The translations under genes were made by a program, and so were the position numbers. The notes beneath the pieces were generated by a model. The model saw only the letters and a program-made list of their open reading frames with translations, searched no databases and was not told where the DNA came from. Shown one piece after another: positions 1-11,829 of a stretch of DNA of 64,000 bases. The stretch covers positions 9,672,001-9,736,000 of the forward strand of contig OX597836.1 in the NCBI GenBank assembly GCA_951406725.2, read 5' to 3'. This stretch comes from Octopus vulgaris. Its lineage: Eukaryota. How positions within the stretch are numbered: the stretch's first letter is position 1; each line of letters begins with the position of its first letter.

Positions 1-192
1 TTCTGCAGTTACTTGTTATATTTCTTTTCATTACATGTTTTTGGTAATTTCTGGTGGGGAGGCTTTGGTCTTGTGCTGCAATTAAAAATCCCTCTGTCCT
101 GAGCTTCTCAACCATTGCTGGGATTTTTCTTTGTCTATTTCTTTTGCGTTTAGTTTAGCAAAAGAAATAGACAAAGAAAAATCCCAGCAATG

Positions 193-193
<1 letters not shown>

Positions 194-239
<46 letters not shown>

Positions 240-322
240 CATCATCATCATTATTATTATTATCATTATTATTATTATTATTATCATTATTATTATTATT
301 ATTATCATTATTATTATTATCA

Positions 323-377
<55 letters not shown>

Positions 378-400
378 CATTATTATTATTATTATTATTA
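194..400. repeat. (ATT)n/(ATC)n trinucleotide microsatellite
   Basis: Uninterrupted ATT/ATC run; explains the poly-I and poly-L pseudo-ORFs in the track. Confidence 0.98.
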
Positions 401-626
401 CTCAGGTCACTGCCTAGAATCGAACTTGGAATCTTGGGGTTAATAGCTCATGCTCAAAACCCTTACACTATATGCCCGTGGGCATATGTAAATGATATAA
501 TTTGCCTATAGTAATTTGAAGATTTTTATTAGTTCTTCAGTAGAATTTCAAGAAAACATTCTGGTTTTGAAGGAAAATCAATTGCTATGTATGTTTGTAT
601 GTTATACCTTATTCCTCATAAGCTGT

Positions 627-632
627 TTTATT
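627..632 (-). promoter_or_regulatory. Candidate polyadenylation signal AATAAA of paralog A
   Basis: About 120 nt after the stop codon; conserved at the equivalent position in paralog B (25816-25821). Confidence 0.55.
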
Positions 633-749
633 GAAAGTACAATGAAATTCTATGCATCCAGTATCTTAAGATCTTGACATGATGATGATACATGGATGTC
701 ACTTTCAGATTCTGGGTGTCAAAAAAATCCTGTCTCACAACCAAGTATT

Positions 750-1907
750 TTACCTGTTACGAAAAAATTTTTTTTTGTCGATCCTTGTTATATTTCCTTT
801 TTTAAAATAAAACACTTTGTTGTCTTTTTGGCTCATCATCATAGCATTTTCACCAAAATTACTTCGGCTTATTATCAACGTATCACATTTAGTCAGAATA
901 TGTTGGTCCATAATGACCTTCCTTAAACCTTCACACCTATTTTTCACCTTTCGATTTGGTTGATCCACATGAAGTATTTTCCCAGGGTTGTACACGATTT
1001 GAGGAGAAAATTTTTTTAAAGCTATCGCCTGTACCTCTTCTGAGTCTGTTGTCACAAACATTTTGTACTTGCTGGTGTTTTTGTATTTACTTAAGAAGTT
1101 CCAGAGAGATTGAACACTTGACATTGACATCCTTCGGTCATCATGTGGCATTGTGGGGTTCCGTCCAATTCGAATCTGAGCACACACCAAATGCATATTT
1201 GGGTTGGGGATATTGACTTCAAAGAATTTGTCAATCGCTTCTTGAAAATGATCATTGAATCGAAACATTAAATTCATTATTTTAGCAAATACATTTCCAT
1301 ATGGCATTTGTGATGACCAAAGAAGTTGTTTTTTGTAGCGAGGATTCTCTATTAAGGTGTGAAAATAGATTTGATTTGTTGTCACATAGAGGACATTTTG
1401 AGGGTGGCGTCTTTCTAAGTCTACTGATCGTAAAGCAGATATGTACCCTTTATCTCGAGTCAAACGGAGGTGACGACTTTTTAGGCCATGCAACTCTTTT
1501 AGGTCAATTGTCCAGTTAATTTTGTTTGGTTGAAGATATTTTGCAAAATTACAAGGTTTTGAAATAATGATACCAAAACGACGACCCATGGCCTGTGCCA
1601 TTAAATATACAGAGACTATTCCATGCTGTCTATCTCCCCAACCGCCACACTCTATATTATTAACACAGTAATAAATAATATATTTAGTTTTGTTGTTTAA
1701 CTGAACCAATTCCTGTTTCTCTTTGCTTACAGTTTTGTTATTTATATGATGCACTTGATTATTTAGAAATTCCTTAGAATTATTTATAAACTTTTGGTTG
1801 TGTTTGTTTAATGTTGTCAATGTATATTCTTTATTCGCAGAATATTGCTTCCAGGTAAACAGTAGAAAGAAGATGCTGACCACAGCAATAAATCCAAGAA
1901 CTCGAAT
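750..1907 (-). CDS. Fucosyltransferase-like glycosyltransferase (GT-B, alpha1,2/alpha1,6/O-FucT superfamily), paralog A, large coding exon 2
   Basis: Open frame preceded by a phase-0 acceptor (ttttcatcatttttAG|ATT CGA GTT; AG at 1909-1908). N-terminal hydrophobic anchor IRVLGFIAVVSIFFLLF. Motifs CGGWGDRQHG, CAQIRIG, FVTTDS and DQHILTKCDTLIISRSNFG resemble fucosyltransferase motifs I-III. Confidence 0.8.
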   Translation of the reverse strand: MRVLGFIAVVSIFFLLFTWKQYSANKEYTLTTLNKHNQKFINNSKEFLNNQVHHINNKTVSKEKQELVQLNNKTKYIIYYCVNNIECGGWGDRQHGIVSVYLMAQAMGRRFGIIISKPCNFAKYLQPNKINWTIDLKELHGLKSRHLRLTRDKGYISALRSVDLERRHPQNVLYVTTNQIYFHTLIENPRYKKQLLWSSQMPYGNVFAKIMNLMFRFNDHFQEAIDKFFEVNIPNPNMHLVCAQIRIGRNPTMPHDDRRMSMSSVQSLWNFLSKYKNTSKYKMFVTTDSEEVQAIALKKFSPQIVYNPGKILHVDQPNRKVKNRCEGLRKVIMDQHILTKCDTLIISRSNFGENAMMMSQKDNKVFYFKKGNITRIDKKKFFRNR

Positions 1908-2027
1908 CTAAAAATGATGAAAAGAAATAAACGTAAGTGAAAATATGACAACTTTGTAATAAAATACCAGAAACAAATAGAAAAAAAGTCTTCTATTGCA
2001 ATTTTTAGTTTTTCAGTTTTTACTAGC

Positions 2028-2620
2028 TTATAGGTACAGGCATGGCTGTATGGCTAAGGAGTTTGCTTCCCAACCACAAAGTTTCAGGTTCAGTCCCACT
2101 GCATGGCACCTAGGGCAAGGCTCTTCAACTACAGCTTACTTGTCTTCTATTCTATTAATACTATGCATGAGTGTGGGTGTGTGCATGTTTATGTCTCCTT
2201 ATCTTGACAGTGTATGATTATTGTAAATGAATATCCTTCTTCGTTTCCAGTGTTGTGTGAAAATCTGTCTGACCATGGGAAGATGCTGAGCTGGCAGAAC
2301 TGTTAGCATGCCAGACAAAATGCTTAGCGGTATTTTGTCCGTCTTTACACTCTGAGCTCAAATTCTGCCGACGTTCACTTTAACCATAATCCTTTCCGAG
2401 TCAATAAAATAAGTACCAGTCATGTACTGGGGTTGATGCATCCAAGTTCCCCCTCCCCTCAGAAAGGCCTGCCCATTACCATAATTTAAAGCCAATATGT
2501 CTGAATATGGAGAAATACTAAACTGAAACAGATAAGGGTTGGTGACAGGATGGGCACCCAGTCGTAGAAAATCTGCCATGGTAAATTTGCTCACCCCATG
2601 CAAACATGGAAAAATTATTG
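2028..2620 (+). mobile_element. Cluster of degenerate tRNA-derived SINE fragments
   Basis: Heads similar to ggagtggctgtgtggtaag...ttcagtcccact and gagctggcagaa...gttagca, which recur many times in the window. Confidence 0.7.
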
Positions 2621-3171
2621 TTAAAATTAGACTACCATCAGACATTCTGCTGTTTATAAGAATACTTACGACCCATTAATGCCAGCATTTTAATCCAAAT
2701 CGTTCTTGTATGCTAGCTAATTCCCTACTTTGGTTAACCATAATTTGGTCTTACCTTAGTAATAGACAATGTATTAGACCATATCCAGACATTCTACTAC
2801 CTAGATCAATTGCAGTTGGATAATTCCCTACATTGTTAACCATAATTTGTTTTCACCTTAGTGATAGATAATCAACAAGACCCTAGTCAAACATTTTGAC
2901 ATTTGTGAAAATACATATATGCTGTAGGGAATACGACCATACGTATGGAGCTGGTGACAAATGTCTCCTTTAAAATGCAGCTCGGTCGCCCCTAACAAAA
3001 TATGAAAGCCAAATACAGAGCCAAAGGAATAAATGAAGGACGACAACCGTTCTACTGTTTGAGAGAGAAGAAGACTTTATTTACAATGTGTACAAAGAGA
3101 GTGTGTGTGTGAGTGCTAGCAAGGTGTAGTGTCTGAATGCATGCGCATAGTATTTGTGTCTGTGTGTTCGT

Positions 3172-3650
3172 ATCATCATCATCATCATCATCATCGTTTA
3201 ACATCCGCTTTCCATGCTAGCATGGGTTGGACGATTTTGACTGAGGGCTGGCGAACCAGATGGCTGCACCAGGCTCCAATCTTGATCTGGCAGAGTTTCT
3301 ACAGCTGGATGCCCTTCCTAATGCCAACCACTCCGAGAGTGTAGTGGGTGCCTTTTACATGCCACCGGCACGGTGGCCAGTCAGGCGGTACTGGCAACGA
3401 CCTCACTCGAATCCGTTTACACATGCCACCAGCACAGGTGCCAGTGAAGTGACATTGGTAACGATCATGCACGAATGTCGCCCTTTTACGTGCCACTGGC
3501 ACGGAAGCCAGTTGGCTGCTCTAGCAGCGATCACGCTTGGATGGTGCTCTTGGCACCCTACTAGCACGGGCACAAGTACCAGTAAGGCAACACTGGTAAC
3601 GATCACGCGTGAATGGTGCCCTTTTACATGCCACTGGCACGGAAGCCGGT
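3172..3650 (-). mobile_element. RTE-LINE 3' tail-derived element, (GAT)n tailed, with internal subrepeats
   Basis: Matches the 3' end of the RTE LINE at 8091-8330 (catcatcgtttaac...gcatgggttggac...gatgcccttcctaa). Confidence 0.85.
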
Positions 3651-3859
3651 TAGGTTTTACAAAAACTGTCATTCATAAGCATTGCATGAACTTTCTTTTT
3701 AAGTAGGACTTGATAAGTAGTACTTATCTGCACTTTCATACTGCTTTTCATCACACTCTCTCTCTCTCTCTCTCTCCCCTCTCTCCTCACTCTCCTTCTC
3801 TGACTCCCTGTCTTTCTCTATCTCTCCATCTCTCTTTCTCTTTAGGTTTATACAGCAAA

Positions 3860-4640
3860 GACGTCGTGAAATTGGACAATCAAGGTACTGCAATTGTTTC
3901 TGCAAGCCTTGAAAATTTCTGATGGAAATCCCTCAAACAAGATGCTCCAAATCACACAGACAAATTTGAAGACTACTTCGCAAAGATGGAACTTCTCACC
4001 ATACTGGAGCAACACATCAACGTCTTCCTTTTGGGTGACTTCAGCTTCCCTATTGTGGGATGGCCAGAGGGCGTAATGCTCTAAGGAATGGAACACTGCT
4101 AACGAGCACAGGTGGGGTTTCTGCTCAACCTTACCAATGCTTCATTCATGGAGCAAATTATGCTCCAGCCAACCAATGCAAATAATATATTGGATCTCTC
4201 ATTCACAAACAATATGGACGTCATCCATAATGTGAAAGTGATAATGACACTAGACCTGGATCCCAACATAATAAAGCTGTCTATGTATGCACCAAAAGTC
4301 CTTAAAGATATACAGCCTATACAAAGCACTGGAAATCTTTCCAGTGTGAACTTTCATAGAGCTAACTGGAAATCAATTGAGAAAGAGACCCTCAAACAGG
4401 ATTGGTGTAAATGTCTCTCCACAATAGACATTGACATGAAACTCAAATATTTCAAGCCCATAATTCAAGCCTTATATGACAAATCTATCCTAAATCATAG
4501 GCTGTATATCTATAAAGATTTTTGGTCCATACATAGAAAGCTCTTATTAAGTTGGGAGCCAAGACTAGCGTCAAACCACAAGGCCAACATGCATAAAAAC
4601 AAGAAACTTAGAGGGAGGAAAATTCTTATGAAATGATGGA
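3860..4640 (+). mobile_element. Degenerate CR1/L2-type LINE endonuclease fragment
   Basis: Frameshifted APE-like motifs VFLLGDFSFP..W, Q....PT..NNILDLSFTN and NFHRANW. Confidence 0.7.
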
Positions 4641-5363
4641 GATAGATTGAAAACCGACTGAAATATATTAAATTTCAATGAAGACTTTACTTTAAGATGT
4701 TGCCATAAATTTAGAAAGACATTCAAATATTTCCATTATAAATTAGAATATTTTTTAATTCTTATATAATACGGTTAATTCTTATAAAAGGGTTTTTAAT
4801 ATAATGAGTAAACAGATGATTAATTATCACAAAGTAAAGTATATAAGCTTCTAATAAGTATAATATAGAAATCTTATCTGTAATTTTTATTCTTTAGTTA
4901 TCCAGTGATATCATCAATAAATGTATGTAAAAATACTAATTTTTTAGGTTATTTTTCTGTGTAGATTTCAGATTCTCATAATGTAGAATTAGTAAGGTGG
5001 TTTGTATCTCTTATTTGGATTTCATCATCAATGTGAAGTCTCAAATAATTGAATGACTTTTCTTAAATAAGTTTATTTGTTATTTTCATTCTTAATGTTA
5101 TTCTTCTTTTGATTTTATTTTCGTTCAAATTAAAATTTCTATTTCTACAAAACAAATTAGTTATTCAGTGACATCACTAATGGTTGAATGAATGAATGTC
5201 TTAAGTTGAATTTGATTTTGTCATTTCTTTTTGTTAGTGTGTATTAATTGCTAAAAAATTTTCAGATGTTCAGCTGGAATTTCACCAGTTTGGATTACCT
5301 TGAAAATATTGTATCAACATATATTTTTGAGGATATTATTATTCCTTTTAATAATATCCTCTG

Positions 5364-5364
<1 letters not shown>

Positions 5365-5416
<52 letters not shown>

Positions 5417-5680
5417 GTTTAGCGTCCGCTTTCCATGCTGGCATGGGTTGGACGGTGCAACTGGGGTCTGTGAAGCCAGAAGGCTGCACCAGGCCCAGTC
5501 TGATCTGGCAATGTTTCTACGGCTGGATGCCCTTCCTAACGCCAACCACTCCATGAGTGTAGTGGATGCTTTTTACAGGTGCCAGACGAGGCTGGCAAAC
5601 GGCCACGGTCGGATGGTGCTTTTTACGTGCCACTGGCACAGAGGCCAGGCGAGGCTGGCAAACGGCCTCGATCAGATGGT
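5365..5680 (-). mobile_element. RTE tail-derived element with long (GAT)n tail
   Basis: Same family as 3172-3650. Confidence 0.85.
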
Positions 5681-5828
5681 GACAAGAGCATACTTTGGTG
5701 ACAAGAGCATGTTAAGAACATAAAAAGGTGACCTATTCAAAAGTAGAATCTCTGGGTTAATGTGCAGTAATTTGTGTAGTATTAGTAAATAAATGGAGTT
5801 GAACGCAGATGCTATTCAAATTCTTTTA

Positions 5829-5910
5829 CTTTCGACATATGTTTCGAAGACAACATTAGTTTTATTCCAAAGGAATAAACGGTGTAAATGCAATCTTTTC
5901 ATCGGGAAAG
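5829..5910 (-). ncRNA. Type I hammerhead ribozyme-like motif (variant core) in a Penelope-type terminal repeat fragment
   Basis: Minus strand reads cttt-c-CCGATGA-(extended stem II)-GAAAC-ATAT-GTC-gaaag. Stem I and a palindromic stem III are present. The core has CCGAUGA instead of CUGAUGA. Confidence 0.55.
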
Positions 5911-6317
5911 AAAGAGACCCTATCTCAACAACAAGACATTAAAACAATTTTGATGACTGCATAAATGATAAACAGAATGTTATTGAGTATTTTAAAAAAT
6001 ATCGTTAGTAGATTCGACGTCAAAGGCAGACACTAGGAAGAGAAGGGGTAAGGAAATAATAAGTAGAGAACAAATAAAGAGAGATATATTGGTTGAACTC
6101 TATAACACATCTTATTAGCACCACCACCACCACACAATCCTGAGAACAAATATTATGAATCAGATATTTATTGTGTTAATTTATATATGTGTGTATGTGT
6201 CTGTCTGTATCTATATATAAATATGTATATATAATGTATATATACAAAGTGTATATATCTGTACTTATATATATATATATATTTATATTTAATTTGTATA
6301 CATTTGTGTATATAATG

Positions 6318-6355
<38 letters not shown>

Positions 6356-6434
6356 ATGCATATATATGTACATATATATATTTAATGCATATATATATAT
6401 TTTTTTTTTATTATGTGTGCATTATGTGTTCGGT

Positions 6435-6950
6435 TGAGCTGAAAATACGCACACCTATGTTAGACGTGCTGGCGAGTTTGCATGGCAACTATTTTTTTCC
6501 TCAAATGAAAGGCGTGACCTCTAAGACAAAATTCCTCATCTTTTAAAATGTGGCCCGATTACACCCGAATGAAATCGGCTTATATTAACCAAACAAGTAA
6601 AACAATGAAAAACTAACCATTTTAATCTCAAGTAAAGTCGGGTATCTCTGTAGGTCTACTACATATTTGTGAAAAGGGCAGACGTTGTCTCACAGGCAGT
6701 TATACAGGCAAAAGTGTTAGTAAATATGGTAGGATTCAGTTGAAAATTTGCAAACCTATGTTAAAAGTCCTGGCGAGTTTGCATGGCAACTTTGAGTTTG
6801 CTCAATTGAAAGGTGTGGCCTCTATGGCAAAATTCCTCATCTTTAAAGTGTGGCCCATGTAGATCCGAATGAAATCAAGTTATAATACCGAAACAAATAC
6901 AACGTTGATAAACTATTTTAATCCCGAGCAAGACCGGGTTTCTCTGCTAT
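6435..6950 (+). mobile_element. Two tandem copies of a non-autonomous Helitron-like 3' region
   Basis: ~215-bp direct repeat (6435-6653, 6735-6950), each ending in a cccgagcaa-ccggg hairpin followed by tctctgcta(g). Confidence 0.6.
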
Positions 6951-7139
6951 CTATATATATAAAAGAGGCTTTGGGTCAAACTTGTGTGCATGTTTTGCTA
7001 CGTCAGAGGTTGGCAGCCACAGCAGTGGTCAGATCGAGCTGAAAATTGACACAGGCATAGAAGGCGTGATGAGGCAAAGAGTTGAGTAGGTTAAAACTCC
7101 CCATCTGGAAGGTGCGGTTGCTATGGTGAGAAGATTTAA

Positions 7140-7719
7140 GGGGGTTTCTGGTTTGTTGACATAAACCCTCTCTTTCAGATATCCCCACAAGAAAAAATCC
7201 AGGCTAGTCAAGTCTGGAGCATGTGAATGCCAATTGTTATTGATGTTGTGTAAAATTATTCTCTCTCCAATCACTGCCATAGCAACAGCATTGTTTCTCT
7301 TGTGGCATGAGCAGTTGCCGCATCTTGCTGGAACCATATGTGAGGTCTACTTTGAATAGTCAGGCGCAAAAGGTCTCAACCGTAGATACCTGAAAGAGAG
7401 GTTTTATGTCAACAAACAGGAGACCCTGGTGCAACTGAAGAAGAACATCAATAGAGAAATTAGAAGAGTGGTGTCTGAAATTCTTGAGGGTGTTACGGTG
7501 CAAGTTATGGAAAGCGCATGGGCATGTGAAGCTGAAAGTGGTTGACATTTAAATAATGTCATGTTTCATATGCGATGTAGTGGTGTTGCAAAATTTGACT
7601 TGTGCAGATTAATTTCCCTTATGTCCTTTATATTGTATCAAAATTTCATGCATTTGTTTATAAACTTAAGGAAGTTATTAAAAATTAAAACTCATCAGTG
7701 ACTTTTAGGACACCCTGTA
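7140..7719. mobile_element. Rearranged Tc1/mariner transposase remnant with right TIR
   Basis: PDLTSLDFFLWGYLKERVYVNKP on the minus strand, YLKERFYVNKQ on the plus strand, and a terminal ggacaccctg-TA. Confidence 0.7.
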
Positions 7720-7726
7720 TGTGTGT

Positions 7727-7781
<55 letters not shown>

Positions 7782-7852
7782 TTAGGGATAATTATCAATT
7801 ACACCAAGTAGATTTCGGTATGTAAAAGCCCCATTCGAGGAAAATTTAAGTA

Positions 7853-8069
7853 ATACTAAGTAATTAAGGGTTTAGCAACGAATTGCCTCACCAACACACC
7901 AAATTTAGAAATAGCAGTCAAAGAGATGTCTGTGTTTGCCTTTTAAGTGCTGTGTTTTTACTGAGATCCCCCTTTTAGTAGAAGGAATAGCTATATCTCT
8001 TTGACTGCTATTTCTAAATTTGGTGTGTTGGTGAGGCAATTCGTTGCTAAACCCTTAATTACTTAGTAT
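7853..8069. repeat. 75-bp perfect inverted repeat (7853-7927 / 7995-8069) between (TA)n tracts
   Basis: The arms read as exact reverse complements. Confidence 0.9.
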
Positions 8070-8090
8070 ATATATATATATATATATATA

Positions 8091-11000
8091 TCATCATCAT
8101 CGTTTAACGTCCGTTATCCGTGCTAACACGGGTTGGATGGTTCGACCGAGGTCTGGGAAGCCAGGAGGCTGCACCAGGCTCCAATATGATCTGGCAGTGT
8201 TTCTACAGCTCAATGCCCTTCCTAACGCCAACCAATCCGTGAGTGTAGTGAGTACTTTTTACGTGCCACTGGCACAGGTGCCAGGGGAGGCTGGCAGCGG
8301 CCACGATTGGTTGGTGCTCTTTTACGTGTCACCAGCACAGAAGCCAGTCAAGGCGGCACTGGCATCAGCCACGTTCGGATGGTGCTTTTTACGTGCGACC
8401 GGCACAGGTATCACAACTATTATTTCCATTGATATTTATTTCGATCTTGATGTACTTGACTCAATAGGTCTCCTCAAGCACAGCAGGTCATGTGCCACCG
8501 GCACAGAAGCCAGTCAAGGCAGCGCTGGCATTGGCCACGTTCGGATGGTGCTTTTTATGTGCCACCAGGACAGATATCGTAACTACAATTTCCATTTGAT
8601 ATTTATTTCGATGTTGATGTACTTGACTCAATAGGTCTCCTCGAGCACAGCAGGTCAGTCTACGATCCAAGGTAAGCACAGCAGGTCGTTCTGCAATCCA
8701 AGGTACTTTGAATGGGCAGGGGCTATGCGAAACTGGTGCAGGAAGCAGCCCGGGTCTTTGCAGTTACAGCATATCTCCAGAGATCTCGGTCCTTCGTCAT
8801 TGCCTCTGTGAGGCCCAACGCTCGGAGGTCATGCTTGACTACCTCATCCCATGTCTTCCTGGGTCTACCTCTACCCTGATTCCTTCAACTGTTTGGGAGT
8901 GGCACTTCTTCACACATCTCTCTTCATCCATCCGCAGTACATGACCATACCATCGCAAGCGCCGTTCTTGCACACCACATCTGATGCTTCTTATGTCCAG
9001 CATTTCTCTCAGGGTGCTTACACTGTCGTGTGTGCACACTGACATTACACATCCAGCGGATCATGCTAGCTTCATTTCTTTCAAGTCTACACATGTCCTC
9101 TGCAGTCACAGCCCATGTTTCACTACCGTGAAGCATGTCGGTTCGCACACATGCATCATACAATCTACCTTTCACTCTGATCGAGAGACCCTTTGTCACC
9201 AGTAGGGGTAGGAGCTTTCTAAACTTTGCCCAGGCTATTCGTATTCTAGTGGTGACACTCTCTGAGCATCCACCTCCACTACTAACTTGGTCACCTAGGT
9301 ATCGGAAACTATCAATTACTTCTAGTTTCTTCTCCTGGAGTGTGATGGAATCTGTTTTCTGAGTATCTGTGGTGTCTATTCCCCTGTGCATCTGCCGCAC
9401 ATGAAAGCTATCTTATCAGTTAATTTTCCTTTGATGTTACTGAACCTCTTATGTGTCCATAGCTTACACTGGGTACATCTTATGGAGTTTCTACCTACAC
9501 CTTTCCTACAGATCGAGCAGGGCCACCTGCCCGTGTGGGTGTGTGATGAGTTCACCTTTCTGCTTACTATAACTTTGGTCTTTGCTACATTTACTCTAAG
9601 GCTCTTTGATTCTAAACCTTGCTTCCACAGCTGAAATTTCTTTTCTAGTTCCGGTAGTGATTCTGCTATGAGGGCCAGGTCATCAGCATAGAGGAGCTCC
9701 CAGGGGCAACCTGTTTAGAATTCCTCTGTTATTGCTTGGAGGACTATGATGAATAAAAGGGGACTGAGGGCTGAACCTTGGTGGACCCCTACTTCTACCC
9801 GGAATTCTTCACTATACTCATTGCCAATCCTAACCTTGCTGACAGCCTCTCTGTATAGGGCCTGTACAGCCCTTATTAACCATTCGCCAATCTCCAGTTT
9901 CCACATCGCCCACCAGATAGGGGATCGGGGGACTCTGTCAAAGGCTTTCTCCAACTCCACGAAAGCTATGTAGAGGGGTTTATCTTCAGCTAGGTACTTC
10001 TCCTGCAGTTGTCGAACCAGGAATATGGCATCAGTGGTGCGTCTACCCGGCACAAAACTGAAGTGCATCTCATCTCAGCAAATTCTCTCCCTAATGAGAT
10101 GGGCTATGACCCTCTCTGTGACCTTCATCACCTGATCCAACAGTTTAATACCCCTGTAGTTATTTCTATCTAGAGCATCACCTTTACCCTTGTAGCAGTT
10201 GATTATGGTGTTGCTACGCCAGTCATTGGGTATGACTCCATTATGAACTACCTGGTTTACAATGCGGGCGACTAGGCCATAGCCCACACAACCAGATGTT
10301 TTAAGCATCTCAGCAGTGATTCCTGATGGGCCAGGGGCTTTTCCTGGTTTCACACCCTTAATTGCCTTAACTACTAGGGAGCAGCTGGTCCCTCTACTGG
10401 GTCAACATTTGGCAGGCTCTCCTCCTCCCATTCATTCTCCACATTCAGCAGTCTCTCATAATGGCTTCTCCAAGCCTTTTTCTTTTCAGAAACATTGAAA
10501 GAAAGTGCACCATCATCCATGCGGACGCATTTCTCTCCTGTGACATCACTATTTTCTCTCGCACATTGTCTTGCAATCCAAAATACCTCAGTTCGTTGGT
10601 CCTCACGTCGCTGGACATTGGCAAACTTCTTCTTGTTTGCTTAACCCTTGGCTATGTATACCTGTCACCCAGCCTCCCTTTTGGCTATCTGGTACAGTTC
10701 CCTTTGCTCTAATGGCTTTGTCTACTGTATTATTCCACCACCACGTAACTCTAGGTCTGGAAGAGACTTTGCACCATCCACAGACTTGGTCTGTGGCACT
10801 CAGCAAGCTGTCCCGTAGGGATTTCCAGCTACCTTCTATGTCTGACGTCTGTAGCTCCTCCTCCCTTTCTTCAAAAGATGAGGATGTCCCTAAATCTCTG
10901 ACCATGTGAAGGGTTCTTTAGCTTCCAAATCCTTCTTTTCTGGATTGGTCTGCTTCTTGGTATCCTTCTGGTCTCAAGCATAAAGTTACTAATGACTAGC

Positions 11001-11760
11001 CTATGCTGAGGGGTACATTCTTCACCCGGGAGGGTCTTTGTATTTATGAGCAACCCTGCATCCCGCTGTCTGGTGAGGATGAAGTCTATTTGGCTAGCGG
11101 AGTCCCCTGACTGATAGGTTATAAGGTGGCAGTCTGGCTTCCTGAAGTTAGTGTTGCAGATTAAAAGGTTACATGCATCACAGAATTCCAGTAGTCAAGT
11201 TCCCTCATCATTTCGGGTGCCAATACCATGGCCACCGTGTACCCCAGTAAAGATACCCGATTCCCGCCCAACATGCCCATTAAATTCTGCAGCCACAAAG
11301 ATGAGGTTCTTGCCACTCGTCTTTGGGGTAGCCTATAGAAGGGTATCATAAAAGTGGTTCTTCTGATCATTTGGTAGCCCTGCATGTGGGGCATAGGCGG
11401 AGGTAATCGTAGCTGTGCCGTTCTGTAGGACTAACTTGAGCTTGAGCACCCTATCGCATACCCTGACAACCTCTATGACCTTATCCACCCATTTCTCCGC
11501 AAGGAGAATGTCTACACCACCTACACCATCCATGTTACCATGCCAGAAGACTTTATATCTATGTGTCTTGCCTTTGAGGACCCTAGCTGAAGCACCTCTC
11601 CATCTTACCTCTTGTATGCAGCATACATCAACCCGTCTTCTTTCAAGCATCTCTACAATCTCACTAGACCTACCTTTCAGTGTACCAACATTGACAGTGC
11701 CAAATCTGAAAACTGAGAAGGTAATGTGGGGTGAAGTTTGGGGAGGAGGGATGTAATTCA
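8091..11760 (-). mobile_element. Near full-length RTE-clade LINE (APE endonuclease + RT), disrupted by stops and frameshifts
   Basis: GTVNVGTL..VDVCCIQEVRW, KAPGPSGI, NYRGIKLL, KAFDRVP, GVHQGSALSPLLF, LLYADDL, FRYLGD, LRWYGHV; 3' UTR ending in (GAT)n at 8091. Confidence 0.95.
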
Positions 11761-11829
11761 GTGCCTGAAAAGAAGAGGGTTGTTGTGGTGATCACTTTTT
11801 AGGCATTTTTCATATATATATTAATAAAA

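Noticed and set aside
131-511. Poly-Leu / poly-Ile ORFs
   Set aside because: Translations of an (ATT)n microsatellite.
696-1519. Plus-strand ORFs over paralog A (and minus-strand ORFs 25446-25752 over paralog B)
   Set aside because: Antisense shadows of the real coding exons.
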